From Flavobacteriales bacterium (GTDB lineage: Bacteria; Bacteroidota; Bacteroidia; Palsa-965): a stretch of DNA of 64,000 bases. This document shows, piece by piece, positions 48,417 to 58,456 of this stretch (positions within the stretch are counted from its first letter, which is position 1; the number at the start of each line of letters is the position of its first letter). The notes under the pieces were generated by a model. The model made no database searches. It was not told the origin of the DNA and saw nothing but the letters and a program-made list of their open reading frames with translations. The position numbers and the translations under genes were made by a program. The stretch covers positions 96,001 to 160,000 of the forward strand of contig JBEIPA010000010.1 in the NCBI GenBank assembly GCA_040377305.1. The letters are read 5' to 3'.

Positions 48417-49774
48417 AGCTGAATTCCGATTATCAGTACATCATCCACCTGTTCGAGATTGCCTTTCCATTGAGTAAAAGCGTATTCCAAAGAACTACCT
48501 CGTTGCTCCACATCCATCGAAGCGAGACCCGCTATTTTGTCTTTCAACTGCGCGTGCTTAAATTTCTTACCACGCGGACCGCCGAACTGATCGACATATC
48601 CGTCCGTGAATAAATAGAAAATATCTCCCGGTTTCGAATCCCACTGATGCAGTGTAAATGGTTTTGTGTCTCCTTCGTGAATACCAATGGGTTGCTTGTC
48701 GGCTTTGAATTCATGCAACATGTTTTCCCGCCAGATCCACACCGGATTATTCGCGCATGCAAATTGCACCTTTCCCGTTGCGAAATCGAACTGCGCAACT
48801 ACACAGTCCATTCCGTCTTTACCCTTTTCCTCTGCACCATCCGGATTTAATGAACTGATGATTTGTTCGCGCTGTTTGTTCAACAAAAGATCAGGTCGTT
48901 CAATCTTTTGTTCGGTTATCAATTCACGAAGAATGGAAATATTAAGCAGAGACATGAAAGCTCCGGGAACGCCGTGGCCTGTACAGTCGCCTACGCATAA
49001 CACGAATTTTCCCGAAGGCGTTTCGGCTGCGAAATAAAAATCGCCACTTACAATGTCTTTGGGTTTGTAAAGTATAAAGTGTTGAGGGAGATTTTTTTTC
49101 ATCAACGCTACCGGGGCGAGAAGTGCCGACTGAATACGTCGCGCGTAGTTTATACTATCTGTAATGGCTTTACTCTTTTCCTCGATCGCTTCCTTCTGTT
49201 CTTCAATTTGCGTAGCATACTTGCGGTTCTCATTCTTGAACATACGAATGGCAAGAAACACGAGCAATAACACGAAGGGAACATTTGGATAGCCGAGCCA
49301 ACGTTCAGTATTGGTTACAGCATAATATGGAGTAACATGATCCAGCAGGTAAACATTGCCCAGCATGATGACCACCGTTATACCGAAATACCACATGATT
49401 GTTTTGCGGTCATCAAACAGAATATTGCAGGCAATCGGAAGAAACATGAAATAATAATACGAATTCGTAACCGCTCCGAAAATGAAACTGAACGCACTGA
49501 GGAAAACGAAACCGTACCACATGCCAAAGTGAAATGCCATTGAATACCTCCGTTTGCTGACCATGATCAGAATGGCCGCACTTTGCAGAACCGAATAAAC
49601 TGTAGCAATTGTTGCGAAGTAATATTCCTTGGCAAACGCAAGAAAGAAATAGAAAACGGAAATAACGAGAACCGTGAAAATCGCCGTATTGTAAACGCGT
49701 AATCGGTTTCTGAGCACAAAGCTTTCACCTTCTGCAATTCCGGTATTGACGATACGGTTGTAAAACTGTTTCAT
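48413..49774 (-). CDS. Multi-TM sensor with SpoIIE/PP2C phosphatase domain
   Basis: About 5-6 TM helices then PKDIVSGDF, DCTGHGVPG, DGMD, TDGYVDQFGG, QVDD. Confidence 0.9.
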   Translation of the reverse strand: MKQFYNRIVNTGIAEGESFVLRNRLRVYNTAIFTVLVISVFYFFLAFAKEYYFATIATVYSVLQSAAILIMVSKRRYSMAFHFGMWYGFVFLSAFSFIFGAVTNSYYYFMFLPIACNILFDDRKTIMWYFGITVVIMLGNVYLLDHVTPYYAVTNTERWLGYPNVPFVLLLVFLAIRMFKNENRKYATQIEEQKEAIEEKSKAITDSINYARRIQSALLAPVALMKKNLPQHFILYKPKDIVSGDFYFAAETPSGKFVLCVGDCTGHGVPGAFMSLLNISILRELITEQKIERPDLLLNKQREQIISSLNPDGAEEKGKDGMDCVVAQFDFATGKVQFACANNPVWIWRENMLHEFKADKQPIGIHEGDTKPFTLHQWDSKPGDIFYLFTDGYVDQFGGPRGKKFKHAQLKDKIAGLASMDVEQRGSSLEYAFTQWKGNLEQVDDVLIIGIQL

Positions 49775-49823
49775 CAGTCGACGCTAGCCGACTCTAATCT
49801 ACGAAAATGAGAATGGGATTTAC

Positions 49824-50777
49824 TTATTTCGTGAAGAGGGAATTCACGAATTCTTTCTTGTCAAATAGCTGCAAATCGGTCATTTTCTCACCTACACCGA
49901 TGTAGCGAACCGGAATCTTGAACTGATCGGAAATCCCGATTACTACGCCACCTTTTGCAGTTCCGTCGAGCTTTGTGATTGCCAGTGCCGTTACGTCTGT
50001 TGCCGCTGTGAATTGCTTGCATTGCTCAATTGCATTCTGTCCGGTTGAACCATCGAGTACCAGGAGAACTTCATGCGGAGCATCCGGCACAACCTTTTGC
50101 ATGACTTTACGGATCTTCCCAAGTTCAGCCATGAGATTCACTTTATTGTGAAGACGACCTGCCGTGTCGATGATTGCAATATCTACACCTTTCGCCACTG
50201 CCGAACTCACCGTATCGAAAGCAACGGAAGCAGGATCAGCGCCCATACCCTGGGAAATAATCGGAACATCAACGCGCGATGCCCAGACTCCCAGCTGATC
50301 AACCGCAGCAGCACGGAAAGTATCTGCAGCGCCAAGCATGACATTTTTGCCAGCTTGCTTGAATTGATAAGCGAGCTTACCAATTGTAGTTGTCTTGCCA
50401 ACACCATTCACACCGACAACCATAATTACGTATGGCTTCTTCCCCGAAGGAATATCAAACTCCGCCGAGTCGGACGATTTATTTTCTGAAAGTAGTGTTG
50501 CAATTTCATCGCGAAGAATAGAATCGAGTTCGGACGTGTTCACGTATTTATCGCGAGCTACTCTTTCTTCAATGCGGCGGATAATTTTCAGTGTTGTTTC
50601 TACACCTACATCAGAAGTGATGAGAACTTCTTCGAGATTGTCCAGCACTTCTGCATCGACTTCCGATTTCCCAACTACCGCGCGCGCAATTTTCGAGAAG
50701 AATCCTTCCTTGGTTTTTGACAAACCCTGATCAAGACTTTCCTTTTTCTCCTTATTGAAAAAACCAAAAATGCCCAT
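49824..50777 (-). CDS. ftsY: SRP receptor FtsY
   Basis: GVNGVGKTTT, DTFRAAA, DTAGRL, TKLDGTAKGG; ATG 50777. Confidence 0.97.
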   Translation of the reverse strand: MGIFGFFNKEKKESLDQGLSKTKEGFFSKIARAVVGKSEVDAEVLDNLEEVLITSDVGVETTLKIIRRIEERVARDKYVNTSELDSILRDEIATLLSENKSSDSAEFDIPSGKKPYVIMVVGVNGVGKTTTIGKLAYQFKQAGKNVMLGAADTFRAAAVDQLGVWASRVDVPIISQGMGADPASVAFDTVSSAVAKGVDIAIIDTAGRLHNKVNLMAELGKIRKVMQKVVPDAPHEVLLVLDGSTGQNAIEQCKQFTAATDVTALAITKLDGTAKGGVVIGISDQFKIPVRYIGVGEKMTDLQLFDKKEFVNSLFTK

Positions 50778-50855
50778 AAAGAATGGTGTAGTATCAGAAA
50801 CAACGAAAGCTCCTTTCATTGAAAGAAGCTTCGCGCTTTATCTTAACAGATAAAA

Positions 50856-51014
50856 TTATTTTTTATTCGCAAGGAAATCTTTGATGTGGTCGTTATGAAC
50901 CACTTCTTCCTTGAACGCGTATGCTCCAGTCTTAGGCGACTTAACCATTTTGATAACGCGGGTGAACTGTTTTCCTTCACCGGTTTTGAGTGTTGCAACT
51001 ACTTTCTTTGCCAT
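50856..51014 (-). CDS. DUF4295 protein (Bacteroidota ribosomal protein bL38); absent from ORF track
   Basis: MAKKVVATLKTGEGKQFTRVIKMVKSPKTGAYAFKEEVVHNDHIKDFLANKK (52 aa) between rpmG and ftsY. Confidence 0.9.
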   Translation of the reverse strand: MAKKVVATLKTGEGKQFTRVIKMVKSPKTGAYAFKEEVVHNDHIKDFLANKK

Positions 51015-51036
51015 GACGCTTAGCTATTAACGGTGA

Positions 51037-51219
51037 TTACTTGATCTCTTTGTGAACCGTTTTCTTTTTCAGAATCGGGTTGTACTTTTTCTTCTCGATA
51101 CGGTCAGGTGTGTTCTTCTTGTTCTTCGTTGTGATGTAACGAGAAGTTCCCGGAAGTCCGCTGTCTTTGTGCTCTGTGCACTCCAGAATAACCTGGATGC
51201 GATTGCCTTTCTTAGCCAT
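51037..51219 (-). CDS. rpmG: 50S ribosomal protein bL33
   Basis: [16 protein letters not shown]...[23 protein letters not shown]; own promoter TACCTTTG at 51247-51240. Confidence 0.96.
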   Translation of the reverse strand: MAKKGNRIQVILECTEHKDSGLPGTSRYITTKNKKNTPDRIEKKKYNPILKKKTVHKEIK

Positions 51220-51478
51220 TTTTCTACTTAATTGGACGGCAAAGGTAATTAAATAACTTAGATTAATGACACAAAACGCACGTTTTTCCTTCAAATGCGC
51301 CTTTAACCGGTGAAATAAAGGAGAAATTCAGGCTATCTGGGCGCAAATTATTCCAAAAACGCGGATTAAAGAAAGGGTAGAGCCGTCACGAAACTGAACT
51401 AAAAAGAAAATTCCTCATCGTAGCATCTTTGCAATAAAGACGGTCGATGAGGAATTCAGTTCCGTTATTCTTCGATAA

Positions 51479-53137
51479 TTAGTGCTTAACCACTTTCATC
51501 GTTGTTACAACATCATCCTGTGAAGTAACCTGCACGAAATAAACTCCGGCAGCTTCATTCTCTAACGACATTGATTCATTCAACTGTTGAGGCGCGAAAG
51601 CAAATACAATCTGACCAGCTACGTTTGTTACAGTAACTGTCTTTGCAAGCGCATCTGTAGTGAGCACAAATACACCATTTGTTGGATTCGGATACACTGA
51701 AATATTCTGAACGTGATTTGCTTCAATACCTGTGGAGAGAATAATTTCGCAGGCAGAGGTGTCAGAACAAATACCGTTGTTAACGATTACAGCATACGAA
51801 CCATTCACAGTTGCGGTAAATGATTGATTCGTTTCTCCAGGAATAGCCTGCATCGTGTTACAATCAATCCACTGGTAAGTTGCGGCTGAATCAAGTGCAG
51901 AAATTGTTTCATTCACCACCATTACTGCAACATTCACCGTATTCATGATCAATGTAATTGTATCGGCATCAACACAGCCATTGTTGTCGGTTCCAATCAC
52001 TGCATAAGTCATAGTTGCATTAACTGTAAAGGGAACCCCGTCGGTAATGCCGTTATCCCAAGCATAGGTTGCAGCACCTGTGCCATTCAAAGTATGCATA
52101 GAACCTTCGCAGATGACGGTGTCATTTCCAGCACTAACAGTCGGCAAAGCATTGTAAACGATATTTACAGTATCAGTTTTTGTGCAGCCGTAGCCGTCCA
52201 TCACAGTAAGAATATAATCCTGCGTCATGAATGGGTAAAAAGGAACACCATCAGTTACCGCCTGATCCCATAGGTATTGCATAAATCCATTTCCTGTTCC
52301 GGCACCGGTGAGTGTTGCACTATCACCCGCGCAAATCGCGAAATCGTTTCCTGCGTTGGCAGTTGGCGTTGAAACCGTAATTGACAAGGTATCATTCAAC
52401 AGCGAAGGACATCCGGGCATGTTTACCTGAACGGTATAAACAGTACTCGCGGCAACGTTCTCTACGATGGATGGAGTTACAGCTAACGTGCTCCATGCGT
52501 AAGTAGGGCTTCCTGGTGTGGTATAGTGAATAACTCCGTTCCACACGCGTGGACGAAACACGCCGCCACCATTGCTGAACGGATATTCCATGCCAACACC
52601 CTGCAGGAAAGTAATGTTTGCATCACTCGCATACGTTGTACCTTCCACACTTCCATCCGTATAATTCAGACTCACCGTCGTATTAGTCGAGGTTACATAA
52701 AAAGAATAAGTCTGACCGGCGGGAATAGTAACGTTTACTGATACTGGGACAGCTGTTGGGCTCCCAAACGGTTGTGCAATTACTGCAGCAGAACCTATCA
52801 AAGTCCAACCGGCAGCTGAAGTTTCGAAACCGGCATACGGGGTAGTTCTGTAGTAAATTTCAATGGTTGTATTGCTCATCGGGTGTGCGTCGAAAGAAGT
52901 GATCATTACTGTGTTGGTTGCAGCAATGTCAAACATATTACCACGATGGTTGTTTCCACCTGCAAATGTTGAGCTGAGTGAAGTTCCTGGCCCGACCGCA
53001 TTTGCGGTTAATGTTGTAGGGGCTCCAGCGCAAACAGTGTCGTTGGTACTTGCAGAGATATTTACTGTGCATTGTGCCTGCAAGTGTGATGCAGCCAACA
53101 ACGCAACGCAAATAGTAATCGCGTATAGTTTTCTCAT
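51479..53137 (-). CDS. T9SS-secreted protein with Ig-like repeats
   Basis: Signal peptide, ANAGND/VSAGND Ig repeats, CTD VYPNPTNG...AGVYFVQV. Confidence 0.85.
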   Translation of the reverse strand: MRKLYAITICVALLAASHLQAQCTVNISASTNDTVCAGAPTTLTANAVGPGTSLSSTFAGGNNHRGNMFDIAATNTVMITSFDAHPMSNTTIEIYYRTTPYAGFETSAAGWTLIGSAAVIAQPFGSPTAVPVSVNVTIPAGQTYSFYVTSTNTTVSLNYTDGSVEGTTYASDANITFLQGVGMEYPFSNGGGVFRPRVWNGVIHYTTPGSPTYAWSTLAVTPSIVENVAASTVYTVQVNMPGCPSLLNDTLSITVSTPTANAGNDFAICAGDSATLTGAGTGNGFMQYLWDQAVTDGVPFYPFMTQDYILTVMDGYGCTKTDTVNIVYNALPTVSAGNDTVICEGSMHTLNGTGAATYAWDNGITDGVPFTVNATMTYAVIGTDNNGCVDADTITLIMNTVNVAVMVVNETISALDSAATYQWIDCNTMQAIPGETNQSFTATVNGSYAVIVNNGICSDTSACEIILSTGIEANHVQNISVYPNPTNGVFVLTTDALAKTVTVTNVAGQIVFAFAPQQLNESMSLENEAAGVYFVQVTSQDDVVTTMKVVKH

Positions 53138-53361
53138 CCTTTATTATTTTTAGTTTTTGAATTCGTGAATCCTGACTGTAAACGTCAGGATTTCTTCATG
53201 AGTTGGTTTTTAGGTGGGCAAATATACTTAACGGGGAAATCGCCCACCTCGGAATTACCGCAAAATGTTTGTGGAAACTAGTTTGGTGTACGGCAGAGAC
53301 GCAATTTTCCTGTGGGCCTAGAAAAGGCAGTTCAGTTTCCAATGCAAAATCCTAAGGATTG

Positions 53362-53955
53362 TTACTTCGGTTTGCAGTAAAACCGAAGTGTGCTGTTCTT
53401 CTTTTCGATTCCGGGCCAGTAATGGATCCTGAAATCAATCGCAACAACACCGCATGTCTTAACTTCATCGATGTGAATTTCGTCCTGCAATGCGTTCGCA
53501 GCGCTTGTTATTGAAGGATTGTGACCAACAAACATTACAGTGTGATAATCCGTGCTTGTCGACCGGATCCGTGAAATGAGCATCTCGCTAGAGCACGCGT
53601 ACAAAGCACTGTCCCATCGTACCAGTGAAAATGGGTATCCGATTTTGGTACATATAATTTCAAGCGTTTGTCTCGTTCTTACAGAAGGACTTGAAACAAT
53701 AAGATCGATTTTGAGATGGTGCGCCTTGATAGAGTCGGCCATCTCCTTTGCTTCCAATCTTCCACTCGAATCAAGAGGACGCGTAATATCAGGAATTGAC
53801 ATATTGCTCTTGTCAGACTTTGCATGCCGCAAAAGAATCAATGTGTTCGGTTGAATCGTATCGACATTAACCACTGATTTTATTGCACGCTCCGGCTTCA
53901 TCGCAAAGGAAATTGCAATTAATACCACGGCGCAGACAAAAATCGTCTTTCTCAT
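53362..53955 (-). CDS. SixA-like histidine phosphatase with N-terminal signal-like segment
   Basis: LLRHAKS, SSPSVRTRQT, FVGHNP. Confidence 0.85.
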   Translation of the reverse strand: MRKTIFVCAVVLIAISFAMKPERAIKSVVNVDTIQPNTLILLRHAKSDKSNMSIPDITRPLDSSGRLEAKEMADSIKAHHLKIDLIVSSPSVRTRQTLEIICTKIGYPFSLVRWDSALYACSSEMLISRIRSTSTDYHTVMFVGHNPSITSAANALQDEIHIDEVKTCGVVAIDFRIHYWPGIEKKNSTLRFYCKPK

Positions 53956-55355
53956 TTCTTGTTGAGATAACTGTCTTCCGCCATCATTTTCTCCACTGCA
54001 TCTGTCGTTTTCGGAACAGATCCCGATAAATTTTCCGGCTCTCCATCCGTAATGAGAATGTCATCTTCAATACGCACGCCAATATTCCACCATTTCGGAT
54101 CGCAGGGACTGCCTGCTGGAATATAGATTCCGGGCTCAACGGTAATTACGTTACCCACTTCAAGTGGACCATACAATCCGGCATCGTGCACGTCAAGTCC
54201 GAGATAATGTGAGCTTCCATGAAAGAAATACGTGACGTACTCATCGTCATTCTCGATAATACCAAGCTTCTTCAGTCCTTTTTTAATCACCGCAACTGCA
54301 GCTTTGTGCGGATCGCGGAACTCATTTCCCTTTTTGCATTTTGCAATACCAGCAAGCTGGGCTTCGAGAACGAGGTCGTAAATAATTTTCTGTTCCGGAG
54401 AATATTTTCCATTCGCAGGAAGTGTACGCGTGATGTCAGCCGTGTAGCCGTGATATTCTGCACCGCAATCGACAACGATGAGATCGTTGTGATCCATGGG
54501 CTTTCTGTTGGTTACATAATGAAGAATGCAGGAATTTTCACCGGCACCGCAAATGCTCGGATAGCCGCATGCTTCTGCACCGCGTTTCATGAACTCATAT
54601 TGAATTGCAGCCTGTACCTGGTATTCTGTCCACGTCGAATCCATGGCACGCATCAGTTCCATGTGTGCTTCATTGCTGATTTCAATAGCACGGCGGAGCA
54701 AAACCATTTCAGCAGGCGTTTTTATCTGACGAAGGATAGCCATGCACTGCTCCAGTTGCTTTGCATCTACGTTTTTGGACTTCTCCGTTTTCTTCCGGAA
54801 GTGCTCCATCATCGTATACAGATCGGCGTAATCGTTCGGATCATCATGAACATCGTCGTTCAGTGGAGCACACAAGACTTTCGTGAATTTCTTGTAGTCG
54901 ATTACCAGAGACATGAAGTCTTTTCCTTCGAGAACCGAATTGATACGTAGTTGCGTTTTTGCTCCCGTTGTTCCCAGTCGTTTGCCCGTCCACGATTCCA
55001 ATTTAGGACTGCGTTTTTGTACGAAGAGAATTTCATCCGTAAACAAAGAATCGATCTTGCGCTTCTCCTTGAAAACAAGCAGCACAGCATTTGGTTCGCG
55101 TAGTCCGGTGAGATAATACAGGTTCGGATCCTGGTGAAAATCGAACACTACATCATTCGCACGGGTGTGAACAGGATTCGAGAAGAAAACGGCCACGGAA
55201 CTATCGGGCATCAAAGCGCGCAATGCATCGCGGCGTTCTTTGTGGAATTCGGGAGAGAGCAAATCGGTATCGTAATCGGCTCCTTCTGGTTTCCCGGAGA
55301 AACAGAGTACGAGAATGAAAAGTGAAAACAGGTAGACGCGGAAGCGATTTCGCAT
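53952..55355 (-). CDS. pepP: Xaa-Pro aminopeptidase (M24B) with signal-like N-terminus
   Basis: FHQDPNLYYLTG, DCGAEYHGYTADITRT, HGSSHYLGLDVHD, TVEPGIY, GVRIEDD. Confidence 0.88.
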   Translation of the reverse strand: MRNRFRVYLFSLFILVLCFSGKPEGADYDTDLLSPEFHKERRDALRALMPDSSVAVFFSNPVHTRANDVVFDFHQDPNLYYLTGLREPNAVLLVFKEKRKIDSLFTDEILFVQKRSPKLESWTGKRLGTTGAKTQLRINSVLEGKDFMSLVIDYKKFTKVLCAPLNDDVHDDPNDYADLYTMMEHFRKKTEKSKNVDAKQLEQCMAILRQIKTPAEMVLLRRAIEISNEAHMELMRAMDSTWTEYQVQAAIQYEFMKRGAEACGYPSICGAGENSCILHYVTNRKPMDHNDLIVVDCGAEYHGYTADITRTLPANGKYSPEQKIIYDLVLEAQLAGIAKCKKGNEFRDPHKAAVAVIKKGLKKLGIIENDDEYVTYFFHGSSHYLGLDVHDAGLYGPLEVGNVITVEPGIYIPAGSPCDPKWWNIGVRIEDDILITDGEPENLSGSVPKTTDAVEKMMAEDSYLNKK

Positions 55356-55415
55356 GATTAAAAGTACAAAAGCTAAAAGATACCCGCGCTACCGCTCATC
55401 ACAAGGGTGCGTATA

Positions 55416-55448
55416 AGACCTTAAAGGTTTTTAAAACCTTTAAGGTCT
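55416..55448. repeat. 33-bp REP-like nested palindrome
   Basis: AGACCTTAAAGGTTTT-T-AAAACCTTTAAGGTCT; each half is itself ACCT-nnn-AGGT. Confidence 0.7.
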
Positions 55449-55470
55449 GTGTGTGTGCGCGCAGGTTTGT

Positions 55471-55506
55471 AAAAAAAAAACGCCCCGTCATTTCTGACGA
55501 GGCGTT
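55471..55506 (-). terminator. rpmB intrinsic terminator
   Basis: Minus strand AACGCCTCGTCAG-aaa-TGACGGGGCG followed by T10. Confidence 0.8.
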
Positions 55507-55541
55507 GTGTTCCCGATTATTATCAGGATTGTATAATTCGA

Positions 55542-55778
55542 TTACTGAATGTAACCTTTAGCTTTTGCTTTCTTAATTGCTGCAGCAAGACCGATCTTGT
55601 TGATGGTACGCATGCCTGATGTAGTCACGCGAAGAGTGATCCACTTCTTTTCTCCTTCAACGAAAAAACGCTTCGTGTGGATGTTAGGCTGGAATGTGCG
55701 CTTGGTTTTAGCGTTCGAGTGCGACACTTTATTTCCTGAAATTGTGCGCTTTCCTGTGATTTCACAAACTTTTGACAT
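55542..55778 (-). CDS. rpmB: 50S ribosomal protein bL28
   Basis: MSKVCEITGK...GNKVSHSNAKTKRTFQPN; promoter TACATTTG at 55812-55805. Confidence 0.96.
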   Translation of the reverse strand: MSKVCEITGKRTISGNKVSHSNAKTKRTFQPNIHTKRFFVEGEKKWITLRVTTSGMRTINKIGLAAAIKKAKAKGYIQ

Positions 55779-55915
55779 GACTTCTTGCTTTATAAATTGG
55801 AGTGCAAATGTAGGTTTTTTCTCTTCTTCCAACAAAATTAGTTGTAAAAAGGTCAAAATCGACCAGAATACGGGATTAGAGAAGGGAAAATGAGCACAGA
55901 AGCGCGATCAATCGA

Positions 55916-56842
55916 TCAATCTTCCCAATATTTTGTCCCATAGCGATCAATATACCCCTTCCCAAAACAGCTTTCGCAATCACCAGTCCTGAACCCAACA
56001 AACGCCAATCCGTTTGGTTCAAAGTCGTAAGCGGTTAAAAATTGAGGTTCATAAACGACGGTGCCTTTGGCATCTTTGAAACCGATGAGCTTATCATCGG
56101 CGACAAACGATTGCATCCCATATTTCAGTTGATGGTAGCTCCAATCTTTTAGTTCAGATTGGCATTTGAGTGTATCGCCCAAATAAATTCCCTTGGTATT
56201 GTAATACATCGAAGTGAAATAATCGGTGCGCACTTCCCAGGTTCCGCAATCGGTTGAAGTAACCCAGTAATAGGTGAAAGGAATTATCACGTTCCCTGCA
56301 GTATCTACTACTCCCCACTTGCCATTTTTACACATTGCAAATTGCCCGGAGTCGCCCATGGACTGAGGGAAGTCGCCACGGTTTTTATAGATGAATGGAA
56401 TTACAATGCCGCCCAATGAATCGAATACTCCACATTTTCCTTTGCCTTTCATGGCTTCGAGATACGGTCCTCTCCAGGTGAGCCACTCATATTCAATAGG
56501 AATTACAATCTGACCTGCAGCGTTTACCGCGCCCACATCTCCGTAGGAGGCTCTCCTGATTTCGCGCAAACCGTGATGTTCTTCCGACTCAATCCAATAA
56601 TACAGCGGCTGAACAATAACCTTCCCTGTTCGATCGATAATTCCAAACCGTCCGTTTTTTTGCACGACGGCCGTGGTCTTGCCGAATACATCAGCACGAT
56701 CCCACGCAGGTTCAATGATGATCTTCTTTGTGCTATCGCAATAGCCCCAGAGATTTCCTTTGCGATAAGGAATCAGATCGGGCAAACGAGCCTCCGCAAG
56801 GGAAACAATACAAAACAAAACAGCTGCGAATACAATTCTCAT
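55916..56842 (-). CDS. WG-repeat secreted protein
   Basis: Signal peptide; repeats GRFGIIDRTGKVIV, GKWGVVDTAGNVII, GYIDRYG. Confidence 0.8.
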   Translation of the reverse strand: MRIVFAAVLFCIVSLAEARLPDLIPYRKGNLWGYCDSTKKIIIEPAWDRADVFGKTTAVVQKNGRFGIIDRTGKVIVQPLYYWIESEEHHGLREIRRASYGDVGAVNAAGQIVIPIEYEWLTWRGPYLEAMKGKGKCGVFDSLGGIVIPFIYKNRGDFPQSMGDSGQFAMCKNGKWGVVDTAGNVIIPFTYYWVTSTDCGTWEVRTDYFTSMYYNTKGIYLGDTLKCQSELKDWSYHQLKYGMQSFVADDKLIGFKDAKGTVVYEPQFLTAYDFEPNGLAFVGFRTGDCESCFGKGYIDRYGTKYWED

Positions 56843-57029
56843 AGTCCTATAACGAAGAAACAGCCATTGCGATACATCTCTTCCATCCCCAAAACGTGTG
56901 ATTGTCAACAATTACACTTATTCATTTGTTCAGAACACCTATCAGTCCGAATACATGGCCATTGGCAAAAACTATTAATTTCGGCAACGATTCCGATAGC
57001 TGTCGGGAAGCTGAACGTCGAACGTTGAT

Positions 57030-58454
57030 ATGGTATTTGCAAGCCTCGTCTTCCTTTATATTTTTTTGCCGCTGAATCTTATTCTGTACTACATGACGAA
57101 AAACGCCATGTATCGGAATATTGTTCTCACCCTCTTCTCGTTCATATTCTACGCCTGGGGAGAACCACTTTGGATCATGCTGCTCGTCGGTTCGGCTTTT
57201 GTTGACTGGGGAAATGCACTGTGGGTCGATAAAGCACGAGGAACGAAATGGGCGAAAGCCGGTGTCTATTCCTCCGTCATCTTCAACATAGGATTGCTCG
57301 TCCTGTTCAAGTACAGCGGATTCCTTTATGAAAATGTGAATTACATTTTCGGAACGAAGCTCGAGATTCCTGATTTTGTTTTGCCTGTCGGAATTTCGTT
57401 CAAAGTTTTCCAAACCATTTCTTATGTAGTAGATGTATACCGCGGCGACATCCGTACACAGCGATCGTTCCTGAAGTATATGATGTTCATTAGTCTCTAT
57501 CATCACTTGGTTGCAGGACCAATTGTGCGATACGCGCATATTGCACATGAGGTTGATAATCGTCGTTTCCGTATTAAAGACATTTCCGCCGGCATTAATC
57601 GCTTCTGCATTGGTTTGTTCAAGAAGGTTTTCATTGCAAACGTTGCCGGTCAATTCGTGGTCAAATACATGGACGGTGATCTCAGCCAACTTGCAACATC
57701 AGAAGCCTGGTTTGGAGTGATCATGTTCTCCGCGCAAATTTATTTCGACTTCTCTGGCTATTCCGACATGGCTATTGGTCTTGCGAAAATGTTCGGATTC
57801 CACTTCAAAGAGAATTTCATTTATCCGTACATCGCCAATTCAGCAACCGACTTCTGGAGACGATGGCACATTTCACTCGGCACCTTCTTCCGCGATTACA
57901 TCTACATTCCATTGGGCGGCAACAAACGCCGTTGGGTATTGAACCTGTTCATCGTCTGGTTTCTAACGGGTTTATGGCACGGCGATTCCTGGAATTTCAT
58001 TCTGTGGGGATTATATTTCGGAGTGCTGATTTTCCTCGAGCGCCTGTTTCTCCAGAAGGTGCTGAACAAAATTCCGCGCGTCATATCGCACGTTTATCTG
58101 TTGTTTGTTGCTGTGCTGGGATGGGCATTGTTTCACATGACCGACTTTAGCCGACTGAAGAAATTTTTTACCATCCTGTTCGGTAATTCAGCCATTGAAA
58201 ACTGGAGGCTTCCGTTCCGAATTACGCTGCAGGAAAATGTGTTTTGGATTGCATTGACACTCATCCTCAGCATGCCGGTTTACAATGTCGTGATGAAGTT
58301 TATACGTAGTCGCGCAAGAAAAATGAAAACACTAACTCCACTAGGCGTGACTTCGTGGTCAACGTCAATGGTATTTGATTTCGGCGTCTTGTTCATCTGC
58401 ACAGCAATGCTCGTAGAGAACAGTTATAATCCATTCCTCTATTATCGGTTCTGA
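57030..58454 (+). CDS. MBOAT O-acyltransferase (AlgI/PatA-like)
   Basis: LPVGISF, AGPIVRY, QIYFDFSGYSDMAIG, FWRRWHISL, TGLWHG. Confidence 0.93.
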   Translation: MVFASLVFLYIFLPLNLILYYMTKNAMYRNIVLTLFSFIFYAWGEPLWIMLLVGSAFVDWGNALWVDKARGTKWAKAGVYSSVIFNIGLLVLFKYSGFLYENVNYIFGTKLEIPDFVLPVGISFKVFQTISYVVDVYRGDIRTQRSFLKYMMFISLYHHLVAGPIVRYAHIAHEVDNRRFRIKDISAGINRFCIGLFKKVFIANVAGQFVVKYMDGDLSQLATSEAWFGVIMFSAQIYFDFSGYSDMAIGLAKMFGFHFKENFIYPYIANSATDFWRRWHISLGTFFRDYIYIPLGGNKRRWVLNLFIVWFLTGLWHGDSWNFILWGLYFGVLIFLERLFLQKVLNKIPRVISHVYLLFVAVLGWALFHMTDFSRLKKFFTILFGNSAIENWRLPFRITLQENVFWIALTLILSMPVYNVVMKFIRSRARKMKTLTPLGVTSWSTSMVFDFGVLFICTAMLVENSYNPFLYYRF

Positions 58455-58456
58455 TC

